From IMG/VR virus record IMGVR_UViG_3300037116_000299, positions 150,301 to 214,300 of that record: a stretch of DNA of 64,000 nt; one strand, written 5' to 3'. The notes beneath the pieces were generated by a model. It did not search any database, was not told the origin of the DNA, and saw only the letters and a list, made by a program, of their open reading frames with translations. This document shows, piece after piece, positions 1 through 9,661 of the stretch (positions within the stretch are counted from its first letter, which is position 1; the number at the start of each line of letters is the position of its first letter). Both the position numbers and the translations under genes were made by a program.

Positions 1-948
1 ACCGAGTCCGAGACTCCGGCAACGGAAGTCAAGGACAAGGTCGAATGCTTTGCCTGCAAGGCGAAGTTCACCAAGGACAAGATGGGCGTCACTTCCGACG
101 GTGAGAATGTCTGCGAAGAGTGCAGCGAGAACATCAAGGACGCCAAGAAGGCAACCGACGGTGTTGTCAAGATCAGCGATGAGCTGAAGGCCCTCGCAGT
201 CGGCGTCAAGTTGCTCGATGCCGAAGAGAAGGCCGAGCCCACCGAAGAAGCCAAGTCGATTCTCGGTTGCTACGAGACGCTGGACAAGTTGCACGGCAAT
301 GCGAGCCAGGAACTGCGCTGGAAGATGGAAGACCTTCACGGCTCCATCGGCGAGCGTTGGGGCAAGGATCGCTGGGTCGAGTACGCGAAGTCCACGCTGG
401 CCAACCACGTCAAGGACTCCAAGCTCGTCTCCAACGACGAGCTGGCGCTCAAGGATGAGGCTGTCGTCACCCAGGAAGCCGAGATCACCAAGCTCCAGGG
501 CACGATCACGATCAAGGATCAGTCGATCGCCAAGTTCTTCAACGACTCGAAGCTGAGCATGGCCACCACCATCGTCATGGCCAGTGTCCTGCGCCAGAAG
601 GACGGTTTCACCGGCCTGGATGGAGCCAAGATCCAGGACAAGATCAGCGAGTACGCGAAGCGGCATATCACCAGCCTGCGCGACTCCGTCGCCGACATCC
701 TGAATGAGCTGCAGTGGGCCAAGCCCGTTGTAGCCGCACCGGAGGCAGCGGGCAAGGACCCGGCCACCACGGTAACCGACAACGCGCATGTAAGCGAGTC
801 CGAAGGGTTCCACCCTGAAGCGCAAATTCCGGAACTGAAGGCGCAAGACGCCCAGAAGCTGAACCGGATGCTCTCTTACATCACCGACGAACCTGCACGT
901 ACCCGGCTGATTGCGGATGTGCGGTGGGGTCGGACGAAGCTCAGCTAA
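1..948 (+). CDS. 5'-truncated prohead scaffold/protease-like protein with CxxC pairs
   Basis: Frame is open from position 1 (TESETPATEVKDKVECFACKAKF...CEECS); charged, helical C-terminal part; lies directly upstream of the capsid genes. Function inferred from position only. Confidence 0.45.
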   Translation, partial: TESETPATEVKDKVECFACKAKFTKDKMGVTSDGENVCEECSENIKDAKKATDGVVKISDELKALAVGVKLLDAEEKAEPTEEAKSILGCYETLDKLHGNASQELRWKMEDLHGSIGERWGKDRWVEYAKSTLANHVKDSKLVSNDELALKDEAVVTQEAEITKLQGTITIKDQSIAKFFNDSKLSMATTIVMASVLRQKDGFTGLDGAKIQDKISEYAKRHITSLRDSVADILNELQWAKPVVAAPEAAGKDPATTVTDNAHVSESEGFHPEAQIPELKAQDAQKLNRMLSYITDEPARTRLIADVRWGRTKLS

Positions 949-975
949 CTCAGCGTTAGCACAAGGAGATTCACC

Positions 976-2178
976 ATGGCTTTTGACGTCAATAACCAGT
1001 ACACCGGCAAGATGTTCGGCAACGACCGGTGGCCCGGTCACACCACCCCCGATCTCGAGGCTTCCGAGCCCATTCGGCCGTGGCTGCCCGTTCCCTACCC
1101 GGCGCCCTACCTCCCGGCTCTGCGCCAGGATGCGGGTCATCCCAAGTTGGCTTCCGTTGTCCTCAGCTCGCAGCATCTCGTGGGCCAGGACAAGAGCGGC
1201 GCATTGGTTCCCGCGGGCCTGTTCTGCGGCGTCACCCCCGGCGCGTCGAACAAGTATTGCATCCTGCAGTACAGCTCCGGCCTGGCCGATGAGTTCACCG
1301 TTGACCCGCGCACCGGCGGACCGGTAACTCCTGGCGACCACGTGTTGCTCGCAGCGCCGTCCGATGCAGCTCCAGGGAACATCACGCTGCCCAACGGCAC
1401 CGTGGTTGTGATCTCGCAGCCCGACATCGACTTCGCCCATGCCTGTAACCTCTTCCCGGCTGTGCAGTCCGGCACGACCCCCACGGGCGTGGCTGGCGCG
1501 CCGGTTGCCTACTCCTTCGGAGTAGCCCGTCCCATCGGCGTCGCAGTGCGCAACGTGCTCCAGTACATCGGCGGCGTGAAGGTGCTCGACACGACTCTGG
1601 TCGGCGGCATCCTGTATCGCCTCGAAGGCATGGTTCCCACCGGCTTCCAGGTCAACAACTACATGCACGAGATGGGCACGGCCATCCAGACCCAGTACGT
1701 GCTGCGCGTGCCATGGATCGGCGCAACCCCCGGCACTCTGCAGGGCTTTGCGACGACCGACAACATCCGCGGCTATGTCCAGGGTTACGGACGCAGCTTC
1801 GCCCACTACACCGGCGCACCCCAGGTCGGCAACGGCGTCACCTTCTCCCAGCAGACCGGCGATTGCGGCAACTACTCCGACTTCGACGCGACCAAGAACA
1901 CCCCGGTCGATCTCATCGGACGCATCATCGGCGTGCTGAACATGATCCAGAAGGTCGGGTACTCGAACCGCATCAAGACCCTGTGGGATCCGTCCCGCAT
2001 GGTTGGTCCGACCAACAACCCGAACCCCGCGTCGATCATGATGGGCGGTTCCGCCACCGGCGGTATCCCGTACGACCTGTCTCTGACCACGGACGGCATC
2101 TACAAGGCCTCCCTGATCCAGAAGACGGCCGCTCGCCCGGAGTACGGCACCTACGTCCTCGTTCGCGTCAACCTGTAA
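976..2178 (+). CDS. putative head decoration / capsid-associated protein (400 aa)
   Basis: AAGGAG SD before ATG; Gly/Pro-rich, beta-type composition; lies between scaffold-like gene and major capsid gene. Confidence 0.45.
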   Translation: MAFDVNNQYTGKMFGNDRWPGHTTPDLEASEPIRPWLPVPYPAPYLPALRQDAGHPKLASVVLSSQHLVGQDKSGALVPAGLFCGVTPGASNKYCILQYSSGLADEFTVDPRTGGPVTPGDHVLLAAPSDAAPGNITLPNGTVVVISQPDIDFAHACNLFPAVQSGTTPTGVAGAPVAYSFGVARPIGVAVRNVLQYIGGVKVLDTTLVGGILYRLEGMVPTGFQVNNYMHEMGTAIQTQYVLRVPWIGATPGTLQGFATTDNIRGYVQGYGRSFAHYTGAPQVGNGVTFSQQTGDCGNYSDFDATKNTPVDLIGRIIGVLNMIQKVGYSNRIKTLWDPSRMVGPTNNPNPASIMMGGSATGGIPYDLSLTTDGIYKASLIQKTAARPEYGTYVLVRVNL

Positions 2179-2217
2179 GCCGACCGAACCAACAGTTTGT
2201 TCGTGTGGAGATTGCCC

Positions 2218-2418
2218 GTGCCGCAGATCGTGATTACCCAGGGTCAGGCGTACCTGAAGGGAAACGGTCTGCGGTGCATGGCTCCCCGCTATGACGACGC
2301 CACCTGCAAGTGCAACACGCTGGTGGTGAAGAAGAACTCGGCCGGTGAACTATCCGGGGCCTTCCAATGCCCCGAACGCCGCTGCCGCCAACACATCGAG
2401 GTTGAGGTTCGGCCCTAA
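2218..2418 (+). CDS. small Com-like zinc-finger protein
   Basis: GGAG precedes GTG at 2218; RC...CKCNTLVV...FQCPERRC resembles the Mu Com pattern (RC..CNKLL...IKCPRC). Confidence 0.45.
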   Translation: MPQIVITQGQAYLKGNGLRCMAPRYDDATCKCNTLVVKKNSAGELSGAFQCPERRCRQHIEVEVRP

Positions 2419-2503
2419 ACCGAACCCCTTCGTGAATCCAGCTCCACAAGAACACCCGCACGGTCCCGCGCGGACCAGCTCGCCCCAGGAGGGTATTTTC
2501 ACC

Positions 2504-3832
2504 ATGGCAAAGAATAAGCAGACACCGGAAGAGTTCCAGGCCGAGCTGAAGCTTCAGGACCGGTTCGCGACCATTTTCCGCAGCAATGGGTACGATCCCG
2601 AGACCGGCGACCCGATGGATATCAAGGACGCTCTGGATGTTCAGAACGCGGCCTTCATGATCCCCCGCGCGCTGACTCAGATCGTGCAGGAAGGCATCGA
2701 GCCGATGCTCATCGGCACGAACCTGCTCCAGAAGGTCCAGTACAAGCCTGGAATGACGACCGTATTCCCCGCCATCGAGCCGCTTCGCGCGGACGAAGCC
2801 GGCGACGGAATGGATCTGCCGATCTACAACATCAACATCGGTGGAGCACAGTCGTTCGGTGTGACGGTCAAGCGGCACGGTCTGCGTCTCAAGATCGCCA
2901 AGCGCTTCGTCGACGAGTCCAGCTACCCCTGGATCAACTTCTGGCTGCGCCTGGCCGGCAACGCTCTCGCCCGCCACAAGGAAGAGTACATCTTCGACTT
3001 CATCACGCGCCTCGGCACGGTTGTCTTCGACAACGACGTCAACGCACGTATGACGTCCAACACCGTCGGCCAGCCCATCAAGGGCGTCACCACGGGTCGC
3101 GACTACAAGGGCAAGCTGAACGGCTCCATGACGGTCGACGACATCTTCGATATGTACGCGGCTGTTCTCTTGAACGGTTTCGTGCCCGACACGATGCTGG
3201 TCCATCCAATGGCGTGGCTCATGTGGGTAAAGGATCCCGTGATCCGCGAGTTCGCGATCCAGGCGGGCGGCGGAAGCTTCTTCGCTCAGTGGACCGGAAA
3301 CCCGGCTGTCCAGGGCAACAAGTTCTACAACAACGGCGGCCTCGGCCTCGGTACCGGCCAGACCGGCCAGTACACCAACGGTCAGCTGACCGGTGGGGAA
3401 GTCTCCAACGCCACGTCCGGCAACTACCAGAACATGAGTTCGGCACCGCAGCTCCCCGGTTACCTCGGCCTGCCCTTCCGCATCCTGGTCTCGCCGTTCG
3501 TCAAGTTCGACCCCGAGGATCGCACGACCGACATCCTGATGTTCAACAGCCGCAACCTCGGCGCCTTGATCGTGGCTGAAGAGCCCCATGTCAAGAGCTG
3601 GGAAGATGGCCAGTTCAACATCCAGAACATGTCGATCGAAGAGACCTACGGCTTCGGCATCCTCAACGAAGGCCAGGCGATCGCGGTTGCCCGCAACATC
3701 AAGGTCCGCCCGAACGAGTTCACCATGCCGGCGCGCACCGTGTTCAACCTGTCGGAGGCGAACAACACCTTCACCGATCTGGCAACGGCAGCGATCTTCG
3801 ATGCGGCGAACCCGCTCAACGTCAACGCCTAA
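2504..3832 (+). CDS. major capsid protein (442 aa)
   Basis: GGAGG upstream of ATG 2504 (ORF-track start 2345 is probably too early); size, strongly biased codon usage, position in head module and a downstream terminator-like hairpin fit an abundant capsid protein. Confidence 0.7.
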   Translation: MAKNKQTPEEFQAELKLQDRFATIFRSNGYDPETGDPMDIKDALDVQNAAFMIPRALTQIVQEGIEPMLIGTNLLQKVQYKPGMTTVFPAIEPLRADEAGDGMDLPIYNINIGGAQSFGVTVKRHGLRLKIAKRFVDESSYPWINFWLRLAGNALARHKEEYIFDFITRLGTVVFDNDVNARMTSNTVGQPIKGVTTGRDYKGKLNGSMTVDDIFDMYAAVLLNGFVPDTMLVHPMAWLMWVKDPVIREFAIQAGGGSFFAQWTGNPAVQGNKFYNNGGLGLGTGQTGQYTNGQLTGGEVSNATSGNYQNMSSAPQLPGYLGLPFRILVSPFVKFDPEDRTTDILMFNSRNLGALIVAEEPHVKSWEDGQFNIQNMSIEETYGFGILNEGQAIAVARNIKVRPNEFTMPARTVFNLSEANNTFTDLATAAIFDAANPLNVNA

Positions 3833-3853
3833 CCTCAACGCAACATCTTCCCG

Positions 3854-3885
3854 GAGGCGGACGGTCAACACTGATCGTCCGCCTC
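3854..3885 (+). terminator. hairpin after major capsid gene
   Basis: GAGGCGGACGGTCA-acac-TGATCGTCCGCCTC, 14-bp stem with one G-U pair; weak U-tract, so may be a terminator or an mRNA-stabilising stem. Confidence 0.55.
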
Positions 3886-3967
3886 GTGTGGTTTCGAGGC
3901 CCTCCATGTTATCCAGCCTTTGGTAGTCCGCTCCGCCCTTCCACAATCAGGGGTGGAGGCATACTTC

Positions 3968-4621
3968 ATGTCCAATTTGATCGTGATGCCTGGTTCGAAA
4001 GAGTTCAACGAGACTCTCGCCACCAAGACATCTCCCGCCAAACGCCGCACCGCCCCGAAGATGCCCGAGGACCTGACTGGCAAGACGCTGATGTTGAACA
4101 CAGCGGTGATCCAGCAGTTCCAATGCGGTGGCTTCCACCTGGGCTCCCGCCATCCCTTTGCCATCGTGGGCCCGCAGGCCCAGCAGGCGCCGCTGCACAT
4201 CGCCCTGGCTGCCGGCAACCTCATCGACATGACCGGCAAGGACATGACCAAGGGCTACAAGGGCAAGGGCGGCGAGACTTCCGCGATCGCCGAGGAAGAT
4301 ACCGGCAAGCAGGTCTTCATCGCCACCGACGGCCGCGGCAACCTTTACATCGCCGCGCCCAAGTCGAAGGCGGAAGGCAAGCGCTTTGAGAAGGAGATCC
4401 GCAGGACCGGGACCCTCAAGAGCGTGAACTTCGACGAGCATGTCACTGGCTTCGCTGGTGGCATCACCGAGGAAGTCGTCGAGAGCAGCCTGCCCGCCAA
4501 GAAGCCCACCAGGAAGCCCACCAAGAAACCGGCGCAGAAGAAGCCAGCCACCAAGCCGAGCAAGACGAAGGCAAAGAAGAATGTCAGCTCCAGTAGTCGT
4601 AAGCGTAGACCCGGGAAATAG
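3968..4621 (+). CDS. hypothetical protein with Lys/Pro-rich basic C-terminal tail
   Basis: GGAGG SD then ATG 3968; C-terminus PAKKPTRKPTKKPAQKKPATKPSKTKAKK resembles histone-like basic tails. Confidence 0.6.
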   Translation: MSNLIVMPGSKEFNETLATKTSPAKRRTAPKMPEDLTGKTLMLNTAVIQQFQCGGFHLGSRHPFAIVGPQAQQAPLHIALAAGNLIDMTGKDMTKGYKGKGGETSAIAEEDTGKQVFIATDGRGNLYIAAPKSKAEGKRFEKEIRRTGTLKSVNFDEHVTGFAGGITEEVVESSLPAKKPTRKPTKKPAQKKPATKPSKTKAKKNVSSSSRKRRPGK

Positions 4622-5282
4622 CGAGACCGACGTCGTTCTGGGTCAGGCCCTCATCGTCACCTTTGACCAGGTGATCGATCCGACCACTCTGAACGACAGC
4701 ACCTTTTCGCTGACCTACCCCGCATCGATCCAGGTGGTCAATGCGTCGCAGCTCATCTCAGGCAAGCCGGAGTCCTCGACGGTTGCCGTCGACGGCACCT
4801 GGTCCCTCGCCACGGTGGCGGGCGCTACCGTCGCCACCTTCCAGCCCACCCGCGGGTTCCAGCAGAACACCCCGTATACCGCGATGCTGTTGGGCGCCGA
4901 CGCTTCCCTCTCCACTGAGGATCTCAAGAACCTCGCGGGCGAGTCGATGGCGGTCAGCTACCAGTGGACCTTCACGACGGGCGTGCTCGATCTGCTGATC
5001 CCACCGTCCACTTCTCCCCTGGTCGACGACAACCGCGCGATCCAGTTGGACCAGATCCGCATCGTTCCCCGCATTCGCCTGAACCAGGATCTCACCCAGG
5101 AGTTCGATGTCATCTTCCCAGGTGATATCGATCCGACATCCTTCGACGTCAGCGATATCTATCTGAGCGTCGAGGCCATCCTGGGCAATCCCCTCATCCC
5201 CGGGCCGCCGCCGAATCTCGAGTACAGCGCGACGGTCGACGGCAACAAGCTGCGCATCCGGGTCACCGGCTGGCCAGCCTAA
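4581..5282 (+). CDS. Ig-like (SbsA/Big_5-type) domain virion protein
   Basis: ATG 4581; VVSVDP...IVTFDQVIDPTTL...ATFQP......NTPYT...LKNLAG...YQWTFTTG is the typical Big_5/SbsA Ig pattern. Confidence 0.65.
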   Translation: MSAPVVVSVDPGNSETDVVLGQALIVTFDQVIDPTTLNDSTFSLTYPASIQVVNASQLISGKPESSTVAVDGTWSLATVAGATVATFQPTRGFQQNTPYTAMLLGADASLSTEDLKNLAGESMAVSYQWTFTTGVLDLLIPPSTSPLVDDNRAIQLDQIRIVPRIRLNQDLTQEFDVIFPGDIDPTSFDVSDIYLSVEAILGNPLIPGPPPNLEYSATVDGNKLRIRVTGWPA

Positions 5283-5290
5283 GGAGCTTC

Positions 5291-5734
5291 ATGCAACTGA
5301 CAGAACACTTCGCCGATCGTGAACTTGGAGTTGCCGGCGAGATCGATCCTCGGATCTATGCCAATGCGGTCTTCCTGTGCAAGGAAGTCCTCGAACCCAT
5401 CCACGCCAAGTTCGGCGCCGTCCGGATCCATGACGGTTACCGCGATCCAGGCCACAACGCCCGGGTAGGCGGCAAGACAGCATCCTTCCATCTCTTCGTC
5501 GGCGGCGACGCCGCAGCCGACGTGGATGCGCAGGGCACCACGATCCAGATCCTCTTCGATTGGCTGCGCCTGGAGTCAGACCTGCCCTTCGACAAGGTCA
5601 TCCTCGAGAAGAACGCAGCCGAAGTCCCCGCCTGCGTTCACATCCAGATCGACCGCCTCAACAAACCCCGCCGCCAGGCCTTCATCGGCCACACCGGCAA
5701 CTCTCTCCGCTATGACCAGGTAGAGGTTCGCTAA
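5291..5734 (+). CDS. peptidase M15A-family endolysin (Zn D-Ala-D-Ala peptidase fold)
   Basis: DGYR...HNARVGG..ASFH...AAD...VHI motifs match M15A; AAGGAG SD. Confidence 0.8.
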   Translation: MQLTEHFADRELGVAGEIDPRIYANAVFLCKEVLEPIHAKFGAVRIHDGYRDPGHNARVGGKTASFHLFVGGDAAADVDAQGTTIQILFDWLRLESDLPFDKVILEKNAAEVPACVHIQIDRLNKPRRQAFIGHTGNSLRYDQVEVR

Positions 5735-5743
5735 GGAGCTGCC

Positions 5744-5989
5744 ATGTCCTTTCTTCCCAGCATCAAGATCACGTTTCCCGACCTGACCAGTAAGACCGCG
5801 ACCATCGTGATCCTGCTCGGCCTCGACCTGTTGTTCTTTCACTCGGCCATCTCCGGAGCACACGACACCATCACCACCAACCGGCTCTGGGAGTTGTTCG
5901 TCGGATCCAACGCAGGTCTGTTGCTGGCGCTCAATGCAGGCAGCAGCCACATGCCTCCTCCGCCCGCGGTCCCCACAGGAATTCTGTAA
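5744..5989 (+). CDS. small two-TM membrane protein, holin candidate
   Basis: Two hydrophobic stretches; immediately follows the endolysin; AAGGAG SD. Confidence 0.45.
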   Translation: MSFLPSIKITFPDLTSKTATIVILLGLDLLFFHSAISGAHDTITTNRLWELFVGSNAGLLLALNAGSSHMPPPPAVPTGIL

Positions 5990-6765
5990 TGTCGGTTCTT
6001 CAAACAGCTTGCTTCCTCCGCAACCGGCGCCGCCGGGCGCGCGTCGCTTCAGTATTCACCTTCAGAAACGCTGTCCTCACTGCGGCCGCTTTCGCGCTGG
6101 TGTGTCTTGGACTTGCATTCCTATCGGTGCGCAAGGCCGCGACTGGGATGGTCGTAACGGAGCAAGCGCTGAACACGTTTGCCGCGACGGCGACGCGGGA
6201 AGTCACCAACAACGGCGATGAAGCCCACCGGGTTCTGCTCGAGGCTGGTCTGACAGCAACTGAGGCGCGCAAGGCCGCGGTGACCCAGCGCAAGTATTGG
6301 GAAACCGAAGTCCCCGTCCTCACCGCCAAGTCGGAGTTGACCCTCGATCGGACCAATGAACTTCTGGCGTCGCTCAAGAAGACGTCGGACGGCTTCAACG
6401 GTGATGGCACGGACATCACCAAGGAAGTGCTCAACGTCCTCGGCGATCTGCGGCCCGCGCTGCAGAAGAGCACCGAGACTCTCCAGGCGACCGCCGATAC
6501 GGCCCGCGCCGCCACCAAGGTGATCGGGGATCCTGCGATTCCCTCAGCTTTGAAGCACGTCGACACTGCGACGGGCCACATTGCTGAAGCGTCCGATCAC
6601 TTTGCCAAGGCTACTGACCACGTTGAGAAAACTATGGTCGATATCCAGGGCGGCGTGCACACCATCGTCCACCCCACCAAGGTCCAGCAGGTTAAGAACT
6701 GGATCACATTCAGCCTCGACGTGGCTCAGAAGTTCACCGAGACCCACTTCTACTGGCCCTTCTAG
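5989..6765 (+). CDS. membrane-anchored coiled-coil protein (spanin-like candidate)
   Basis: Basic N-terminus, one TM segment (VLTAAAFALVCLGLAFLSV), long Ala/Thr/Lys-rich helical region; overlaps previous stop. Confidence 0.4.
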   Translation: MSVLQTACFLRNRRRRARVASVFTFRNAVLTAAAFALVCLGLAFLSVRKAATGMVVTEQALNTFAATATREVTNNGDEAHRVLLEAGLTATEARKAAVTQRKYWETEVPVLTAKSELTLDRTNELLASLKKTSDGFNGDGTDITKEVLNVLGDLRPALQKSTETLQATADTARAATKVIGDPAIPSALKHVDTATGHIAEASDHFAKATDHVEKTMVDIQGGVHTIVHPTKVQQVKNWITFSLDVAQKFTETHFYWPF

Positions 6766-6814
6766 CTTTGGTACTTCGTTTCTCCCATCCACACTCACAT
6801 CAAGGAGCACACTC

Positions 6815-7177
6815 ATGACTTTCTCTCTGAAACCGTTCAAGTCCATTGGCCATTTCTTCGCAACCGCGATCAAGGCCCTCGCCCAAAAGGGTCCTGCCGA
6901 AATCGACAAGCTCGAAGCGACCAAGACCGTTGTCGAAAAGGTCACAACCGCCGCCTCCGCAGTCCTCGGGATCGGCACTGTTGCTACGAGCATCGAAGAT
7001 CTGGGCTATGCCCTGCTCGGCGAGTTCGCCAAGGTCCTCACCCTGGGTGATGCGGCTGCTCAGGCCAAGTTGGCTGATGCAGGCGTCGACATCGCTGTGA
7101 TCAACGAAGTGAAGACCTTCGTGAACCAGTCCCAGGCGCTCAGCTCCGCGCTGCCGGCCCTCATCGCAGGCAAGTAA
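6815..7177 (+). CDS. hypothetical amphipathic helical protein (120 aa)
   Basis: AAGGAG SD, ATG 6815, phage-like codon usage. Confidence 0.6.
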   Translation: MTFSLKPFKSIGHFFATAIKALAQKGPAEIDKLEATKTVVEKVTTAASAVLGIGTVATSIEDLGYALLGEFAKVLTLGDAAAQAKLADAGVDIAVINEVKTFVNQSQALSSALPALIAGK

Positions 7178-7194
7178 GCACACGTTCCAACCGG

Positions 7195-7225
7195 AGGGGC
7201 GGCCGCACTGGCCGCCCTTTCTTCC
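7195..7225 (+). terminator. rho-independent terminator
   Basis: AGGGGCGGCC-gcact-GGCCGCCCTT followed by TCTTCC. Confidence 0.65.
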
Positions 7226-7243
7226 GTGACACTCGGAGACCTC

Positions 7244-7888
7244 ATGCTTTATCCCGGCGACATCCGCACCTTCCTGCTTTCCCTTTCGCATACCGACGGA
7301 TCCGCCCCTACCGTCACCACTGCCCCGCTGATCACGGTGATTCGTCTCATCGACGGCGTGTCGGTGACGACTGCTCAGGCAATGGTGCTGGTGACCGGAA
7401 CCTCGCTCGTCTATGCCTATCCCTGGAACACCGCCGGGTTGGCAAATGGTGATTACCTGGCCGTGGTCTCCTACGCCGCTGACGGCGCGACCATCAATGG
7501 CAGGTTCCTCGAGAACGTGCGCCTAGGCGATACCCGCGTCACCGGACTGGTTGCGCTGGACTCAACCGTCGCTCACGACGCCACGGTGGCTAAGGACGCA
7601 ACCGTTGCGCACCTGGCGGACCTGGCGACGATCAATCCCAGCACTTCGGCAGCGGTCCTCGCCATCAAGGCCAAGACCGACACATTGCCCACCAACCCCG
7701 CCAGTCAGGACTCTCTCCTGGCTCTGACGCAGCTGATCACCGACGTTCACGACGTCTCGCTGGGCACATGGGTGGTGGATAAAACGCAGAACCCGAAGGT
7801 CCTGACCTTCCGCCGCCTGGATGGTTCCGTCCTGGCCAACTTCCAGATTACTGAAGACACCAACTCAGCCACCCGCACTGTCCGCTAA
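7244..7888 (+). CDS. virion structural protein, fibre/whisker attachment candidate
   Basis: GGAG then ATG 7244; Thr/Val-rich beta-type composition; translationally coupled to collagen-like gene. Confidence 0.5.
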   Translation: MLYPGDIRTFLLSLSHTDGSAPTVTTAPLITVIRLIDGVSVTTAQAMVLVTGTSLVYAYPWNTAGLANGDYLAVVSYAADGATINGRFLENVRLGDTRVTGLVALDSTVAHDATVAKDATVAHLADLATINPSTSAAVLAIKAKTDTLPTNPASQDSLLALTQLITDVHDVSLGTWVVDKTQNPKVLTFRRLDGSVLANFQITEDTNSATRTVR

Positions 7889-8490
7889 TGAGTCAGAGCA
7901 CAGACCTTACGCGTTACTACACCCGCCCTCAGGTCGACGCAAAGCTTGCTGGCCTAATCGGTGGAACCGGCCCTACCGGACCTACCGGTACGGCCGGCGT
8001 TACTGGTGCTGCCAGCACAGTTCCTGGACCAACTGGTCCCACCGGATCTGCCAGCACAGTTCCTGGACCCACCGGAGCAACTGGGGCCAACAGCACGGTA
8101 GCAGGTCCTACTGGGCCGACGGGTTTGACCGGATCTACTGGAGCAGCCGGCGCCGCGGCGCCGCTCTCCATCGGATTCATCATCAATATCGGCACTGCTG
8201 GAACGAATGTGGGGCCAATGCTGCCCGCCACTCGCGTGGCAGGTTTTACTAAATGTGTCGTCACTGTGAAGTTCTCGGATACGGTTACTGCTCTTTCCTT
8301 CCGAATCAAGCAGAACGGAACGAGTGTCTTCACAACTAACCCGACCATAGCAGCTGGCACCTCTTCAGGCACTGTGTCCACATTTACAGCGCTCACCTCG
8401 AGTCCACTGACCGTTGCTGCGAACGATCTGTTCACCATCGACATCCTGACTGGCACCGCCAACTGGCAATTCACCGCAGTGATGGAGTAA
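7888..8490 (+). CDS. collagen-like (GPT-repeat) fibre protein
   Basis: [26 protein letters not shown]... G-x-T repeats followed by a globular C-terminal domain; 22-bp DNA repeat at 8009-8030 and 8048-8069. Confidence 0.8.
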   Translation: MSQSTDLTRYYTRPQVDAKLAGLIGGTGPTGPTGTAGVTGAASTVPGPTGPTGSASTVPGPTGATGANSTVAGPTGPTGLTGSTGAAGAAAPLSIGFIINIGTAGTNVGPMLPATRVAGFTKCVVTVKFSDTVTALSFRIKQNGTSVFTTNPTIAAGTSSGTVSTFTALTSSPLTVAANDLFTIDILTGTANWQFTAVME

Positions 8491-8497
8491 TCCGCAA

Positions 8498-9661
8498 ATG
8501 GCAGCATCCCTCAGCTATCTCCTCAATGACAGCTCTACCTTCGCTAACTACTTCGCGTGGGCGAGTTCTTTCGCCACAGCATTTATCGCGGCAGGTTCTT
8601 GGGTGCAATCACCCGATACTGGCCAGGTGATGTGGTCCGGGTTGAGCATCACAGCCGTGAGCATGTCCGGCACAACGATGACCTGCACCTATTCTTCTCA
8701 GACAGGTCTCGCCCTGGCTGTTGGCCGTGCTTTGACCGTCACCGGATGGACGTCCGGCAACGTCGGCAACAACGGCACCTTCGTCATCACCGGCGGAACT
8801 CTTACCGCGGGCAGCGGAACCTTCACTGCGACCAATGCTGCAGGAGTCACCGTGGCTTCGGGAGGTACTGGGGTAGTCACCGCCCAGGCGACCGCTCCTG
8901 GCACGAACGTGTACTTCTATGAAATCTGGCAGCCAAACGATGGTCTGACGAACTTCTACCTGAAGATGGAGTACGGGAGCTATTCCTCCGGTACCAATGC
9001 ACCTACCATAGCGGCCACCATCGGGGGAGCCACAAATGGAGCTGGAATCATTGTTGGTCTTGCCACAGGTCGATTCGTTGGTTCAGTGGTCACGAACACC
9101 GCTGCTTCTTCCACCATCCCCTATGAGTGCCGATTCTCAGGCGGAGCTGGGTACTTCGGAGCCATGCTATGGAGAGGCATCAACAATGGTCAGTTGGTGT
9201 ATGTGGAGCGTTCGGTCAACTCTTCGGGTGCCTACACTAGCTCCCATGTGACTCTGGTAGTCATTGGTGCAGCCGCAGGGACTCAAGCATGTTCGGCCAA
9301 TCAGCAGACGTACACGCTTGGCGGTCTTGGCCCTGCTCCACAGGTGTGTTCATCTTCGAACACGAACAACATCAACTATATTGGCCTGTCCATCCGCAAT
9401 GCTAACCCCCGAACCTCTCTTGTGTTCAACAACAGCGTGCCATTCGATACATTGGCCCCCGTTGTTGGCTACTACGACTATCCGCTACTTGGACTCGGGG
9501 GTACTAACTACCTCAACGTCACTGAAGGCCAAATCCTAGTGACCCCTGTGTATGGAACGAACCACACCTACATCTGCACTCAGGCGTACCCCTTTTCTTT
9601 TGCGTTTGTAGGCGCGGGTTCAAGCAGTGCCGGTCAGTCTCTTGCTATGAGGTACGAATAA
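8498..9661 (+). CDS. Ser/Thr/Gly-rich virion fibre/adhesin-like protein, paralog A
   Basis: 387 aa; aligns end to end with 9662-10810 (YLLND.STFAN, TGQVMW.GL, YEIWQPND.LTNF.LK, YFGA.LWRG.N.GQLVY.ERSVNSSG, ending MRYE). Confidence 0.65.
   Translation: MAASLSYLLNDSSTFANYFAWASSFATAFIAAGSWVQSPDTGQVMWSGLSITAVSMSGTTMTCTYSSQTGLALAVGRALTVTGWTSGNVGNNGTFVITGGTLTAGSGTFTATNAAGVTVASGGTGVVTAQATAPGTNVYFYEIWQPNDGLTNFYLKMEYGSYSSGTNAPTIAATIGGATNGAGIIVGLATGRFVGSVVTNTAASSTIPYECRFSGGAGYFGAMLWRGINNGQLVYVERSVNSSGAYTSSHVTLVVIGAAAGTQACSANQQTYTLGGLGPAPQVCSSSNTNNINYIGLSIRNANPRTSLVFNNSVPFDTLAPVVGYYDYPLLGLGGTNYLNVTEGQILVTPVYGTNHTYICTQAYPFSFAFVGAGSSSAGQSLAMRYE

Noticed and set aside
2234-3946. Long antisense ORFs (also 15327-17297, 25909-27732, 31415-32743, 44865-46472 and others)
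   Set aside because: They mirror well-supported + strand genes; such shadow ORFs are expected in high-GC coding DNA and show no recognisable motifs.
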